NCBI GenBank assembly: GCA_964247055.1
Contig: OZ176054.1
Span: forward strand, 8,742,001 to 8,806,000
Direction: 5' to 3'
DNA: 64,000 nucleotides
From: Paragordius varius
Lineage: Eukaryota; Animalia; Nematomorpha
The position numbers were made by a program, and so were the translations under genes. Under the pieces are notes generated by a model. It was not told the DNA's origin. It did not search any database and saw only the letters and a list, made by a program, of their open reading frames with translations. This document shows positions 12,113 to 23,234 of this stretch, piece after piece; within the stretch, counting starts at the first letter, position 1; every line of letters begins with the position of its first letter.

Positions 12113-15100
12113 TTAAAAAGCATTTAGAGTAATAGGCCGAATTCGATAATTTTTTTAGCTTCAGACGCATCTTCATAAAGAAGAATTTACAAATGTTAAA
12201 TGTAAAGAAATCCTCATCACACATTTTTTTTTCTATAAATATTTTTAAATCGCCAATACAATAGTCAAATAAATATATATTAAAATGTAAATTTAATTTT
12301 AATAAGTATTAAAATTGAGAGAATTACGCATTGTATTTATGAAATTTATTAACAAAATTAAGCTGAAATGCGTACAAATAAAAATATGTAAAAGTCGAAA
12401 ATTAATAAATATATATTTTATATTTGTGCGCATTTCAGTTAATTTTTTTTATTAATTTTAATAAAGTTTTCAGATTACATTTTACCAGCCAAAATTTCTT
12501 TATTTTTTTTAAAATCTGTTTATTTAAAACGTGTTTGGAGCTATCAACATTTAAACTCTATAGATATTAAAATTATCTCATACAAAAATGTCTAATAATT
12601 AAATTTTAATTAAAAAACTACAAGTAGTTTACATATGGGCTGGGATATAAACTACCCCAATGTGTCACCGTGGACAAAAAAGCCATAAAGTGTTATGTAG
12701 ACAAATATATAAATTTTACTTTTAAAGATTCACATCAATCTACTTTGTCGCCATATTTCAAACTTTTTTTTGTAAAATTTTTTGATTCTACGGCCATATA
12801 TATTAACTCTTCGTCTTAAATCGGGGGGAGGGGTATTATATTCTGATGAAATACATTTTCTGATAAAAATATATCAGTAATATCATGGTGAAAGTTATAT
12901 ATGCTTTTGTGGTAAGAACTCCATATCAAAAAATAATGCGCACATTTTTAAATAAATTTTTGGTGATATCTTATGCTTCATCTAAATCGTTGATTTTTTT
13001 AAAAATAAACAAAAAAATGCCATTGCGCGATAACTCGATATTAACTAAAAATATTTTATAACAATGCATATTTTTTCAAAAATTTTTAGCAAAATCTTAA
13101 CCTCACTCGTACTGTTTTGAGGCATGATGGAAACGATTAAAAAACATTTTAATATATTATTACCACTTTTTCTATATAATTAGGTGCTGAACAGTCTATC
13201 ACCTCGCTGATCAAACATTCGCTCAGCCAAAAATTTTTGCTAAATTTATTATATTACGAAAATTACTTAAATTGAATAGTAAACCCTTTAAGACCCAACG
13301 AACCCTTATTGAATGGGCAAGTTTTCATACATAGATGCAAAAATGCCAGGATCGTGCGATATAATTTTTATTACCCCTCCGATTATTTTAAAAATTATAT
13401 TTTTTAATTTTAAAAAAATTGAAGCTTATGTTTTGAAGCATGATGAGCGATAACACATTAGGTTAAGAAAAGACCACTCTCTATAATTTGATGCTGCAAT
13501 AATATAACCTCAGAATGAAGATTTCGTTCGTTTTGAAATTTAACTTGGATAATTCGTAAGATTTTAAAAAAATGCCCAAATTCGAAACCCAAAGAATTAA
13601 TTAATTGATATTCTGACGTGATAAAAAAGGGTTTTTATTTTAGTTTGTATACCGTTTCCGTCAACAAATATTCGTTGAAGTTTAAATTTTTTAGCAAATA
13701 ATCATTTTTCATAATAGTTTTGCCATCAGCAATGATTTAACAACATTTTAACTTTTGTGGTAAGTGGTCTATATTACCCTAAATTCAGAAGGCATGGCAA
13801 AATTTTTATATTATTGTGCAAAACATAAAATTATGTTATAGTAATAAATTATGCATATTAGTTTCTGCCAACCAATTTTATAACTAGCCAAATAAAAGAA
13901 ATGGTTTATTAAATGTTAAAAATATAAAAAGTCGCAATATCTTATGCTATATATAAAAATTAGTGAAAGCCTAATGCTTTATTCCAAAAAAATATTATTT
14001 TAATAATATTAAATGTGAGCTCCGCAAGTCTCAATTTCGGATATCAAATTAGTCAATTCTCTCATAACAAACGCAAAAGTACCGAGATTGCAGGATAACG
14101 CCTTTAAATATATACTATATTATGTCACCAAATAAATTATTTTTTGAAAAACGCCTCCATTTCCGACCAAGAATAACTGAAAAAATTCCTTATCTTATTC
14201 TTTAAAAAAATTATATGAGCAGCTCCAAACCAGGCTGTGAATTAAAAATTAGAGAAAAAACTTTATATAATAATTTCTAAAATTAAATAAAAATTTGTAT
14301 CTCAATCATAAATCAAATAAATAATTAATAATATCCCTTTATTTTTTCTTCTCTCAAAGATTGTGATGTTTTATAGTCATCAAAATCATCATTATTTTCG
14401 ATAAATACGTTAATTTCTATATTATCATGAAAATATTTGGTATACAACATGCAATAATTAATTTGGGAATTTATTCAAATTTTACTCCAATTTTAGCACC
14501 TTATTGGAAATCTACGTTTAAGTTGCCTAAACACCCTCTCTATAATAATATGTTCGGAGCTGTGAGGCTAATTGAACATTGTTTCTCGTCACATTTTTTA
14601 AAAGGCGTTAAGAGCTGAGGCGATATAGGATACCCATTATCTCCAAGCAAATATCCATCCCTATTCTATCTTCCTAAATGCTGATATCCTGGAATCGTGA
14701 ACAGATCATGGCCATACCATAAACGAATGCTATAGCACTCCAACACATTACATGTTATTTCGACATTTATGTGATATGCTCGTTATCTATTAATATAAGA
14801 GTCCCCATATTGGGTCGAGTTTATCTCAAAATGTGAACAATAATAATAACCTATAATTATAGGTGATTTAAACCTGGTTAACCATGCGGCTTTGACAAAA
14901 GAGATTTCCTCACTTGTTTTTAAAATTCGATCCATTAGTCTAACTTTGCAACAATTTTCTCTAAAACCTTAGGTATTATTTTGCAAACAGACGTGTAATG
15001 AATACCAAAATCGTGTGATTAACCAACTTAAAATCCGGGATTTCCATTAAAACGCCAGAACATTTCCATTTTCATTTTAGGGCAGGGGTTCTTAAACTAT

Positions 15101-17361
15101 GGGTCGCGACCCCATTTGGGGTCGCGAGTGATAAAAATACAATTTAACAAAGAATGTTTTTTAACTTGTAAAATTATTGTTATAAAAAAATAACAATTTT
15201 TGTATATATATATATATATATATAATATAAAAACATCTGGTTCCGAAAAACTGTTTATACCAGCATTTCTCTTCCGAACATAGCTATTTCACATGTTTTA
15301 ATAAAGATTGAAGAAAAGATTGTCTTTGATAACGTCTTTTGTGAAAAAACAATTATATTTGCTCTTCTAGTTTTAATTTGTCAGTGCCCTGTGTAACGAT
15401 TTTAGTTTTCTTTTTATTCGGTAATTAATAATCAAATATAATCTGCAATTGTTATTTTTATATATTTATTGTATTTTAGGATAAAAATAATTTTTGCCCA
15501 TGGATAAATGGCTGTTAAATAATGACGCATATATTAATCCAACAAATTCTTCTCAGTCAGGACAAAGTATTGGAAAAGAGACATCTAATGTGCGAAAAAG
15601 AAAATATGATGAGTCTTTTCTTCAATTTAGCTTCACATTTCAAAATTGTAATGGTAAACAACCTCTTTCTTTGATATCCAATAATTTATTGGCTTCGGAG
15701 AGTATGAAACCATCAAAATTAAGAAGACATTTTTAATCAAAACATGTTTCGTATGTCAATTAACCTAAAGAATATTTTGAAAAACTGTGTATATCAAATC
15801 AAGAAAAACATCTAAAAAATTATCACCGTTAATGAAAAATGTTTACTAGCATCTTATGAAGTCATACTGTATTGCTAAAAATAAAAAGCCGTTTACCATT
15901 GGCGAAGATCTTGTGTTACCTGCAGCTATTATAATGGTAGAAATACCCATGGAAAAAAATATGGCGATGATATTCGAAAAATTCCTTTGTCAAACGACAC
16001 TAAATAGAATTTCTGATATTAAGAAGGATCAATTAATACAACTTATGACAAGAAAGAAAGCCCAAAATTTTCGCTTCAGTTTGACGAAACAACTGATATT
16101 ACTAAATTGGCTCAGTTGTCAAGTACGTTTAAAAGAAAGCGTGGAGGAAGAATTGTTATTTTGTTGTCCTATGGAAGACCATACTACAGGGAAAGACATA
16201 TATCGTAAAGTGGATGAATTTTTTAAAGCAGGAGGTTTAGAATAGAATTGCTGTGGAATATGCACAGATGGTGCAAGAGCGACGACGGCAAAAATATCTA
16301 TTTTAAATCATTAAGCTGCTCATTATGATCATATAACTTTTACTCATTGCCTTATTCACCAAGAGGCTCTTGCAGCAAAAATAATAGCACCAGAATCTAA
16401 CGATGTGCTTCAGGATGCTGTTAAGGTCATAAATTTTATTAAGAGCCATGCCCTTAACATTCGCTTATACTCAAATCTCTGTAAGGATACGGATTCTAAC
16501 TACACAACTTTGTTATTACATGTAGAAGTAAGATGGTTGTCAAGAGGTCAAAGATTATTATTATTATTAAAGCACGAGATCGAAATATTTTTAACTGATC
16601 CAAAATGTGAATTTGCTGCTTTTCTTCAAAATGACTTGTGGCTATCCAAGCTCTGTTATTTGTCAGATATTTTTGCGAAGTTAAACGATCTTAACTTGTC
16701 TCTTCAAGGAAAAGATTGCGATATATTTACTTCAAACGATATTGAAAGTTTTATTAAAAAGATCAGCATTTGGAAAAGTAGAGTCGAAAAAAATTCGTTC
16801 AAATGTTTTCCAATGTCGACAATTTTCTAATTGAAAAAATTTGTAAAAGTTTTATTACAAAAACTATTATAAATCATTTAAAAGCGTTAGAAATAAAATT
16901 TCGGGCAAACTTTATCGAAAATATTGATTTACAAAAAATAGTTTGGATTCAAAAGCCGTTTTGGTTTGGCTTAAGTGAGAATGATCATTTGCCACTTAAA
17001 GCTCAAGAGGAATTTGCTGAGCTCTCGTGTGGCTTAAACTTAAAACTAGAATTCCAACAAAAGTCCTTGACTGAATTCTGGATCGGAACTAGAACTGAAT
17101 TTCCCACAATCGCCGATATGGCCTTAAATGTACTTCTGCCATTCCTCACCACATATTTATGTGAAGTACTTTCTCAGCTTTAACACACATTAAATCCCAA
17201 TATCGTTCAGTGATAAAAAATGTTGAAGAGGTCTTACGTCCAGCAGTTTCAAACATTAAACCAAGATTTGAATTGTTATGCAATAAAAAACATCGTACAT
17301 CTCATTAAACTTTAAAGTAATTTTAATTTAATAATTACCACGCATCTACTTGGATATATTC

Positions 17362-18345
17362 CAGGGCTTCAAAAGAAAAATAAATCAATATTTTTTGATA
17401 TATATTATTTATGTAACAATATGCACATGCTTATTAAAATCTATAAATTTAGTATTCATTTTGAAACAAAAAATCTAAAATTGAAATTTGCACAAACTGT
17501 TATAGAAATGTTTTTATTTTAGTTTCGAAAACAAAATGGATTCTGACCGTCCTAATCGAATATATTCAAGTGCTGCGTGGTAAATATTAAATTAAAGTTT
17601 AGGTAAAAATTTAATGAGATGGATGTACCTGTTTTTTATTGCATAACATCAAATCTTGGTGTAATGTTTGAAACTATGTAAAACCTCTTCATAATTTTTT
17701 ATCACTGAACGATATTGGGATGTAATGTTTGTTAAAGCTGAGAAAGTAACTTCACATAAATATGTGGTGTTGAATGGCAGAAGTACATTTCATGTCGGCG
17801 ATTGATTCAGTTCTAGTTTAGATCCAGAATTCATTCAAGGGATCTTTTTGGAATTGTAGTTTTAAGTTTGAGCCACACGAAAGCTTAGCAAATTCCTCTT
17901 GAGTTTTAAGTGACAGATGATCATTTAAGCCAATCCAAGGCTTTTGAATCCAAATAATTTTTTTGATATCATTTAATATAAAATATGTCAGGAAATGTAT
18001 TTCTAGCGCTTTTTAGTGATCTACAATAGTTTTTCAATATAAGTTTTCAATCGATTTTCTTAATTACAAAATTGTAGATACTGGAAAACATTTCAAACGA
18101 ATTTTTTTCAACTCTACTTTTCCAAATGCTGATTTTTTTAATAAAACTTGCAATTTTATCGCTTGAAGTATATATATGCATATTTTTCAGTGAAGATGCA
18201 AGTTGGGATCGTGCAAAAATATCCGACAAATAACACTTGGATAGCCACAAGTCATTTTGAAAAAAAAGCAGCAAATTCTCATTTTTATTCAGTTAAAAAT
18301 ATTTCGATCTCGTCTTTCAATAACAATAATTATTTCGGTTTTAAG
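17362..18345 (-). mobile_element. Truncated sister copy of the same hAT family inserted in inverted orientation inside it
   Basis: Begins with TIR-like cagggcttc at 17362. 17400-17510 is the reverse complement of the host 3' subterminal region (19170-19300). 17560-18345 is the reverse complement of the transposase 3' half (FFQNDLWLSKCYLSDIFA, IASFIKKISIWKSRVEKNSF). Confidence 0.85.
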
Positions 18346-18408
18346 AGATGGACAATAATATATGTATTTTTTATACTCTTCTGATTCATAGTAAATTTAT
18401 ACAATATA

Positions 18409-19163
18409 CTAGCGTAAATCTCGTGCTGCTGCGCAGCACGAGGAAGTCCTTCGGACTTCTGGGGGGGGGGACATTTGAAATAAGGGACAATAAGATCCAC
18501 ATATGTGGATTATTTCGAAACATTATTTAAATATGATTTTATAGGAATTTTAAAACGGTGCATTCATACTAATATATTGTTTACTTGGGGTAAAAATAGA
18601 TTTAAAAAATTATTTTTGTGGATTTTTTTTTAAAAAAAATGGCATTTTACGGGAGGAGCGAGTAAAAAGAGGGCGTAAATCAAAAATGCGAAACGACTAT
18701 GTTCGGCGCAATCGAAAATAAGTAAACCAAAATCATATTTGAAATTGAATGGTCCAACACGTTTTCCAAAAAATTGTCTCAAAGACACGATTTTTGTGGA
18801 CTTTGTTTTTTAAAAAAATGGCATTTTACTGGGGGAGCGGGTAAAAGGAGGGCCTAAATCAAAAAAGTGACTCGACTATGTTCGGCGCAATCGAAAATAA
18901 GTAATCAAATATTTGAAATTGAATGGTCCAACACCTTCTCCGGAAAATTGTCTCCAAGACACGATTTTTGTGGAGTTTTTTTAAAAACCGTTTTTTACAC
19001 AGGGTGGGCCCGAACTAGGAGCCTAATTCAAAAAAAGTGCGAAGCTATTGTTGGGGCATTCATTAATGATTATATTTTTTCGAAGTTTGGATTTGAATGG
19101 GTCTACCGGTTTTCCGGTACCAGACCACAAAGCCATCATTTTCCATTTTTATAAATATATAGA
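18409..19163 (-). mobile_element. Non-autonomous Helitron (755 bp)
   Basis: On the - strand: host A | TCTATATATTTATAAAAATG ... hairpin ctcgtgctgc-gca-gcagcacgag, short spacer, CTAG | T. No TSD. Internal ~175-bp tandem repeat (starts near 18613, 18791, partial at 18965). Confidence 0.88.
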
Positions 19164-19885
19164 TTATAATAATTGGAATATTTGTGCAAATTTAATTTAT
19201 GATTTTTTATGTTTCAAAACGAATTCTAAATTTATATATTTTCATATGCATATGTATATTGTGTCTTAATAAATATATCATCAAAAAATATTAATTTTTT
19301 CTTTTATATTTATTGGGGTCGCCAAGAAATTTGCGATCATAAATGGGGTCGCGACTCACAAAAGTTTAAGAAGCCCTGTTTTAGGGGATTATTTCCCTCT
19401 CTCATCTTAGAATTATCTTCCGAAAAATATTTAGTAATAAAATCAATAGGTTAATTTCCAAATATCGAGAGTTTTTTACATAAATTTTCAAGAATATGTC
19501 CTTTAAAATTTTTTCATTTATAAGATATTCAAAATCCATATTAACAAAATATATAATTTGTCACCTATTAATTGGATTGATTTTTATGTATATTAAAATA
19601 AATACCTTTATAAAATAAAAAAATTCAATAAATGCAAAACTAGCCTAAGCTAGATGGTACATAGCAACCTTTAAAAAACCAATATAAAATTAGGTTGGAA
19701 AAAATTTTATTCAAATAATGTTTATATAATTTTTCAACATAATTACTAGATAAAATTAAAAAAAACTATTTTATTCAATCGACATCTTTAATATATATTT
19801 GTCATAGTGAATACTAGGTAATGAATGAAAACATATATTCAATCGAAACTATTTTTGCATTTATTGGGTTTTATTAATTTCACAA

Positions 19886-20176
19886 GAGTGTTCAACACGA
19901 GGCCTGGCGGCCGTATGGGGTCATACCAAACTTAATATGCGTCCCTTGGAAATTCAAACTGCAGAAATATACTTACAAAATTTTACTATAATTATATTTC
20001 TAAAACAATTGATAAATTTATCCGATAAGCTAGAACTAGAAAAAATGTTATATTGTTTTGCATTTTACCGTTTGAAGTTTGAAATTTATTAAATTATTAA
20101 TGAATGCCCATTATTTCAGATGTGGCCTGCCACAAAAAATCCCGCCCGCGAAACCATTTGTGTCGGACATCCCTTC
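19886..20176. mobile_element. Short hAT-type MITE (CAGxxGTGxCCAAC family)
   Basis: GC-rich termini caagagtgttcaacacgaggcc / gtgtcggacatcccttctg. The interior is shared with copies at ~30870, ~41955, ~47523 and 53877. Confidence 0.55.
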
Positions 20177-20185
20177 TGTATCAGA

Positions 20186-21190
20186 ATATATAACATTTGC
20201 ATTCCAACAGTGTCCTTGAACACTTCAAAATGGTCCTTGAACATTTCAAGTAGCTACTAACACTTCAAGTTGGTCCTTTAACTATACAATTTGCATGAAG
20301 AGTGTCCTTAAACTATTTCAATTGCTTAAACATTTCGAGTTGGTCCTTAAACGTTACAAGTTGGTCCTTAAAATTTTTAATTTTGGATTTAATCATATTT
20401 TTTAATGGATATTTTTTTGATTTCTAACCTATTTTTATTTATTTATTTTATATTTATTCAATTAAAATAAAATATTTTATCCAAAAACCACATTTAAACT
20501 ATTTTTTCCAATTTAATAAAATCACTAGCTGGCCCTGTCACGCTTCGCTGTGACCTAGACTCATCGATAATTATTCTTAATAATTTGTAATAAATAGAGT
20601 AATGACGATAAAAAAATAATAAAAAACATATTTAATAAAAAGAATGTCTTTAATTAATTCTTTACGGGTTTTTGCATAGGCTCGGATATAGTTTACTCGA
20701 AATTGACCATATTAAGAACTATCCCTTATAAAAGTTTTAAGATTTTCGTTTACGAAATCATGATTAAAATTTTATTTTGAAATTGTGTACACAGCTGGGA
20801 TCAAGGGATATAAAAAGTAAATAATCTGTGGCCCCTTTTTCATGGAAAGAATGATATTATAAAAATTCCCAATTTTTCTATTTTACTTTATTTATTATAT
20901 ATTTATTCATTATCTATAATTTTTCATTCAAAAACTACTATTATGTTTCAAAATTTTTCCAAATCAACAAAATTATAATTTATGAATGTTTTTAATTTCC
21001 ATAACCCATAAGCTATATATTTTTTAATTTACTATATTAATATTAAAAATATTTTTTTAGAAATCAATAAGGATTGACTGTTTCTGAATGAAAGTTGATA
21101 TTGATTCAAACTCTCGCAACATAAAGAGAATAGGTTAAAAACGTACACGGTTTGATTGCTAAAAGTTAAAAACAAATTAAAAACATTTTT
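20186..21190. mobile_element. Degraded foldback element of the ggtccttgaacacttcaagtt family, interrupted by a Helitron; right arm missing
   Basis: Tandem 21-bp units at 20210-20370. The interior is collinear with the 25585-26209 copy on both sides of the 20525 insertion. Confidence 0.65.
20525..20920 (-). mobile_element. Second Helitron-like insertion (3' end clear, 5' end uncertain)
   Basis: The - strand ends in hairpin gtcacagc-gaa-gcgtgac followed by agggccagCTAG|T. The right boundary is inferred from resumption of host foldback sequence; the expected TC start was not found. Confidence 0.55.
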
Positions 21191-21921
21191 ATTTTGTTTT
21201 AATTATATTTTATCGATATCATTTATTTTATTTTTAGTTCATCCATTAAAAAAGATACTGCCATGTATCGAAAATTTTGGATATAATTCAATTTAACCAA
21301 TTTTAAGAAAATTCAATCCATTGAAAAAGATACTACCATGTATCAAAAATTTTGGAAATGTAATTAATTTTACGAGAATTAAAATTATTTTAACTTAAAA
21401 ATAAAAATGTTTATACTCTTTTATATGATGATATTACACGGTTTTCATTATTCTCGACAAATAGTAAAAAATAGAGTTTCATAAAACAAACACAAAATTT
21501 ATGAATTAGATAAAAATATTTTTTCCCCGTCGGTTAATTGAAAACGTTTAAAAAAGGAAAACTACTCATCGTGATATATATAAAATAGCCGACATAATAA
21601 TGGCCGTCCCAAAACAGCAAGCTTTATAAGAACTAGGCGTATAAAAATACAAAATAAGCCAATTGATGTTTAAGCGACAAGCCAATCTGTTTAATTCATT
21701 TTTTTAGTGAAAAGCACCTTTATTTATAAAATAGGGAAATATTAATCAATATTTATGCGTTAAAAGTAAAATTTTTCAACATATTTTCAATTTGAGTTAT
21801 ATTTATGTAGAGCTCCTAAAACCAAGCCACAAAAATGTTAAATTTATTTGATAGATTTTAAAATATAACTATAATGTAAATTTATGTCGAAATATATTGT
21901 GTAATTAACAACTCACACCTA

Positions 21922-21928
21922 TATAAAA
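21922..21928 (+). promoter_or_regulatory. Candidate TATA box for BORCS6
   Basis: cctaTATAAAAgg lies 37-43 nt upstream of the ATG at 21965. In AT-rich DNA, so a chance match is possible. Confidence 0.35.
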
Positions 21929-21964
21929 GGCAACATGCTAATTATCATAAAAAAGTTATAACAT

Positions 21965-22429
21965 ATGGAAGAAAAACACCCTGATGATTTTCCCATAGAT
22001 TTGGAATTTTTAAAGAATTTGGATAATGAAACCCATAAAATATCGGAAGACATAAATAAACTTAATGATATATTAAAGAATGATATAGCCAAAGTAAATT
22101 TATTTTAATCCATAGATAACTAATACAACTCAAGATTCATATCAGGTTTATCATGATGGAGCCGTTGACGCATGTAATTCCATCGACTCTCTATAAAAAC
22201 AATGTATGGAATGATGGCCAAAATGGAGGAATTAACTAAGTCTATGGAACCAATTGGTAGGCTTGCTTTAGAAGCTAAAGAAATTCGTAAAATGATAGAT
22301 TTATGCGAACGTAAATTAAATCAAAAAGAATCGTCAAAAAAAGAGAATAATGATGTCAAAAATGAGGAAACAATATTTCATCCATGCCCAACATTTATTA
22401 ATAAAGAGAGTAAAAATGATAGTGACTAA
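21965..22429 (+). CDS. BORCS6: BLOC-1-related complex subunit 6 (lyspersin, C17orf59/DUF2365); exons 21965-22093 and 22116-22429; 22-nt intron; one apparent 1-nt deletion near 22190
   Basis: Translation ...ISEDINKLNDILKNDIAK|ITNTTQDSYQVYHDGAVDACNSIDS[frameshift]IKTMYGMMAKMEELTKSMEPIGRLALEAKEIRKMIDLCE matches the recalled BORCS6 motif (YRDSVD...VDMSIKGMYTLMARCEELDRSMQPI..LA..IRDIKR.LD). Confidence 0.85.
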
Positions 22430-22430
22430 A

Positions 22431-23009
22431 TTACACTAATGGTTTCCATGGAATAATTATATTTTTGTATATTTCAACTTCCAGTGTTCGCATATTTTTA
22501 TTATTAAACTCCAAACTTGCTTTTTTTATTTTAATTCTATTTGCATTATACATTTCTGGATTGTCAATATTTTGATTAATTATTACATCTATTTCATCAC
22601 CATCACACACCTATAAGTCAAAATTAATAATACTTCATAAGCCTTTTTGTTTGCGATAGATTCATTTACTAAAATTTTAGCTTCCAAATATTTATCATCT
22701 ACTTTTCTAATTTATTAACATATTTAAACTTTTTTGAAATTTCCAAACATTGCTTGATTATACCATCCAACCTTAAATTATGAACTTGAAGTTGTTTTTG
22801 AACTATAGTATCTATTTCATTTTCATCATCATCTACTATATCGTTTTTTTCTACCTATAAAATAATTTATATATTACCATTTTTTTCTTTTGACGATAAA
22901 TTATAGGGGTTTGGTTATAAGGCTGCAAAATATATCTACTATTTATCGAGCTAGTAAAAAAATAATTATGGTTTGATCGTAGGAGTTTAAAGAAATTTAA
23001 AAAATGCAT
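22431..23009 (-). CDS. MTRES1: Mitochondrial transcription rescue factor 1-like S4-domain protein (169 aa); exons 23009-22878, 22854-22730, 22706-22634, 22610-22431; three 23-nt introns
   Basis: The spliced ORF is open from ATG to TAA. It has a presequence-like N-terminus, an acidic patch, then VHNLRLDGIIKQCLEISKKKVDDKYLEAKILVNESIANKKAYEVCDGDEIDVII, which aligns without gaps to the recalled MTRES1/C6orf203 S4-like core (VQSFRYDVVLKTGLDIGRNKVEDAFY...LNEEKLWKKSRTVKVGDTLDLLI). Confidence 0.82.
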
Positions 23010-23062
23010 TGATATTTGTGTTTTACCAATAAAAGGTTAATTACATGGGAAAATAAAAATTT

Positions 23063-23230
23063 AAACATTTGGATACAACACATTCATTTTAGTACTTCGA
23101 TTCAAATGGGGGTAGTTAAATACCTCAGGCCTGTTATATTAAATTCGTTAAAAAATATGGAAGGAATCAAAACCATAGAATAATTTTGCACATATAACAT
23201 TTAAACCGAAATATATAAAAAAAAATTAAA
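23063..23230 (-). mobile_element. Partial TTAA-MITE (right end only)
   Basis: ttaaacatttggatacaacacattcattttagtacttcgattcaaatgggggtag is the reverse complement of the family right end. Confidence 0.75.
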
Positions 23231-23234
23231 GCTT

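Larger units (their letters stand above)
15083..19378 (+). mobile_element. hAT (Buster/Charlie, ZBED5/SCAND3-like) DNA transposon, decayed
   Basis: TIRs caggggttcttaaact / agtttaagaagccctg with identical 8-bp TSD ttttaggg (15075-82, 19379-86). Frameshifted transposase at ~15499-17310 (MDKWL, KRKYDESF, SMKPSKLRRH, KKPFTIGEDL, CTDGA, HCLIHQEAL, EVRWLSRG). Confidence 0.92.
14330..19560 (-). pseudogene. PIF/Harbinger (HARBI1-like) DDE transposase remnant, split by the hAT insertion at 15083-19378
   Basis: Minus-strand translation across stops and frameshifts gives GIHYTSVCKII..V...IV, WIEF, YINR, GYLLGDNGYP..QLLTPF, IERVFRQLKRRF and IPKLIIACC. The upstream coding part resumes right of 19378 (IDFITKYFSEDNSKMREGNN). 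Outer limits are approximate. Confidence 0.75.
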
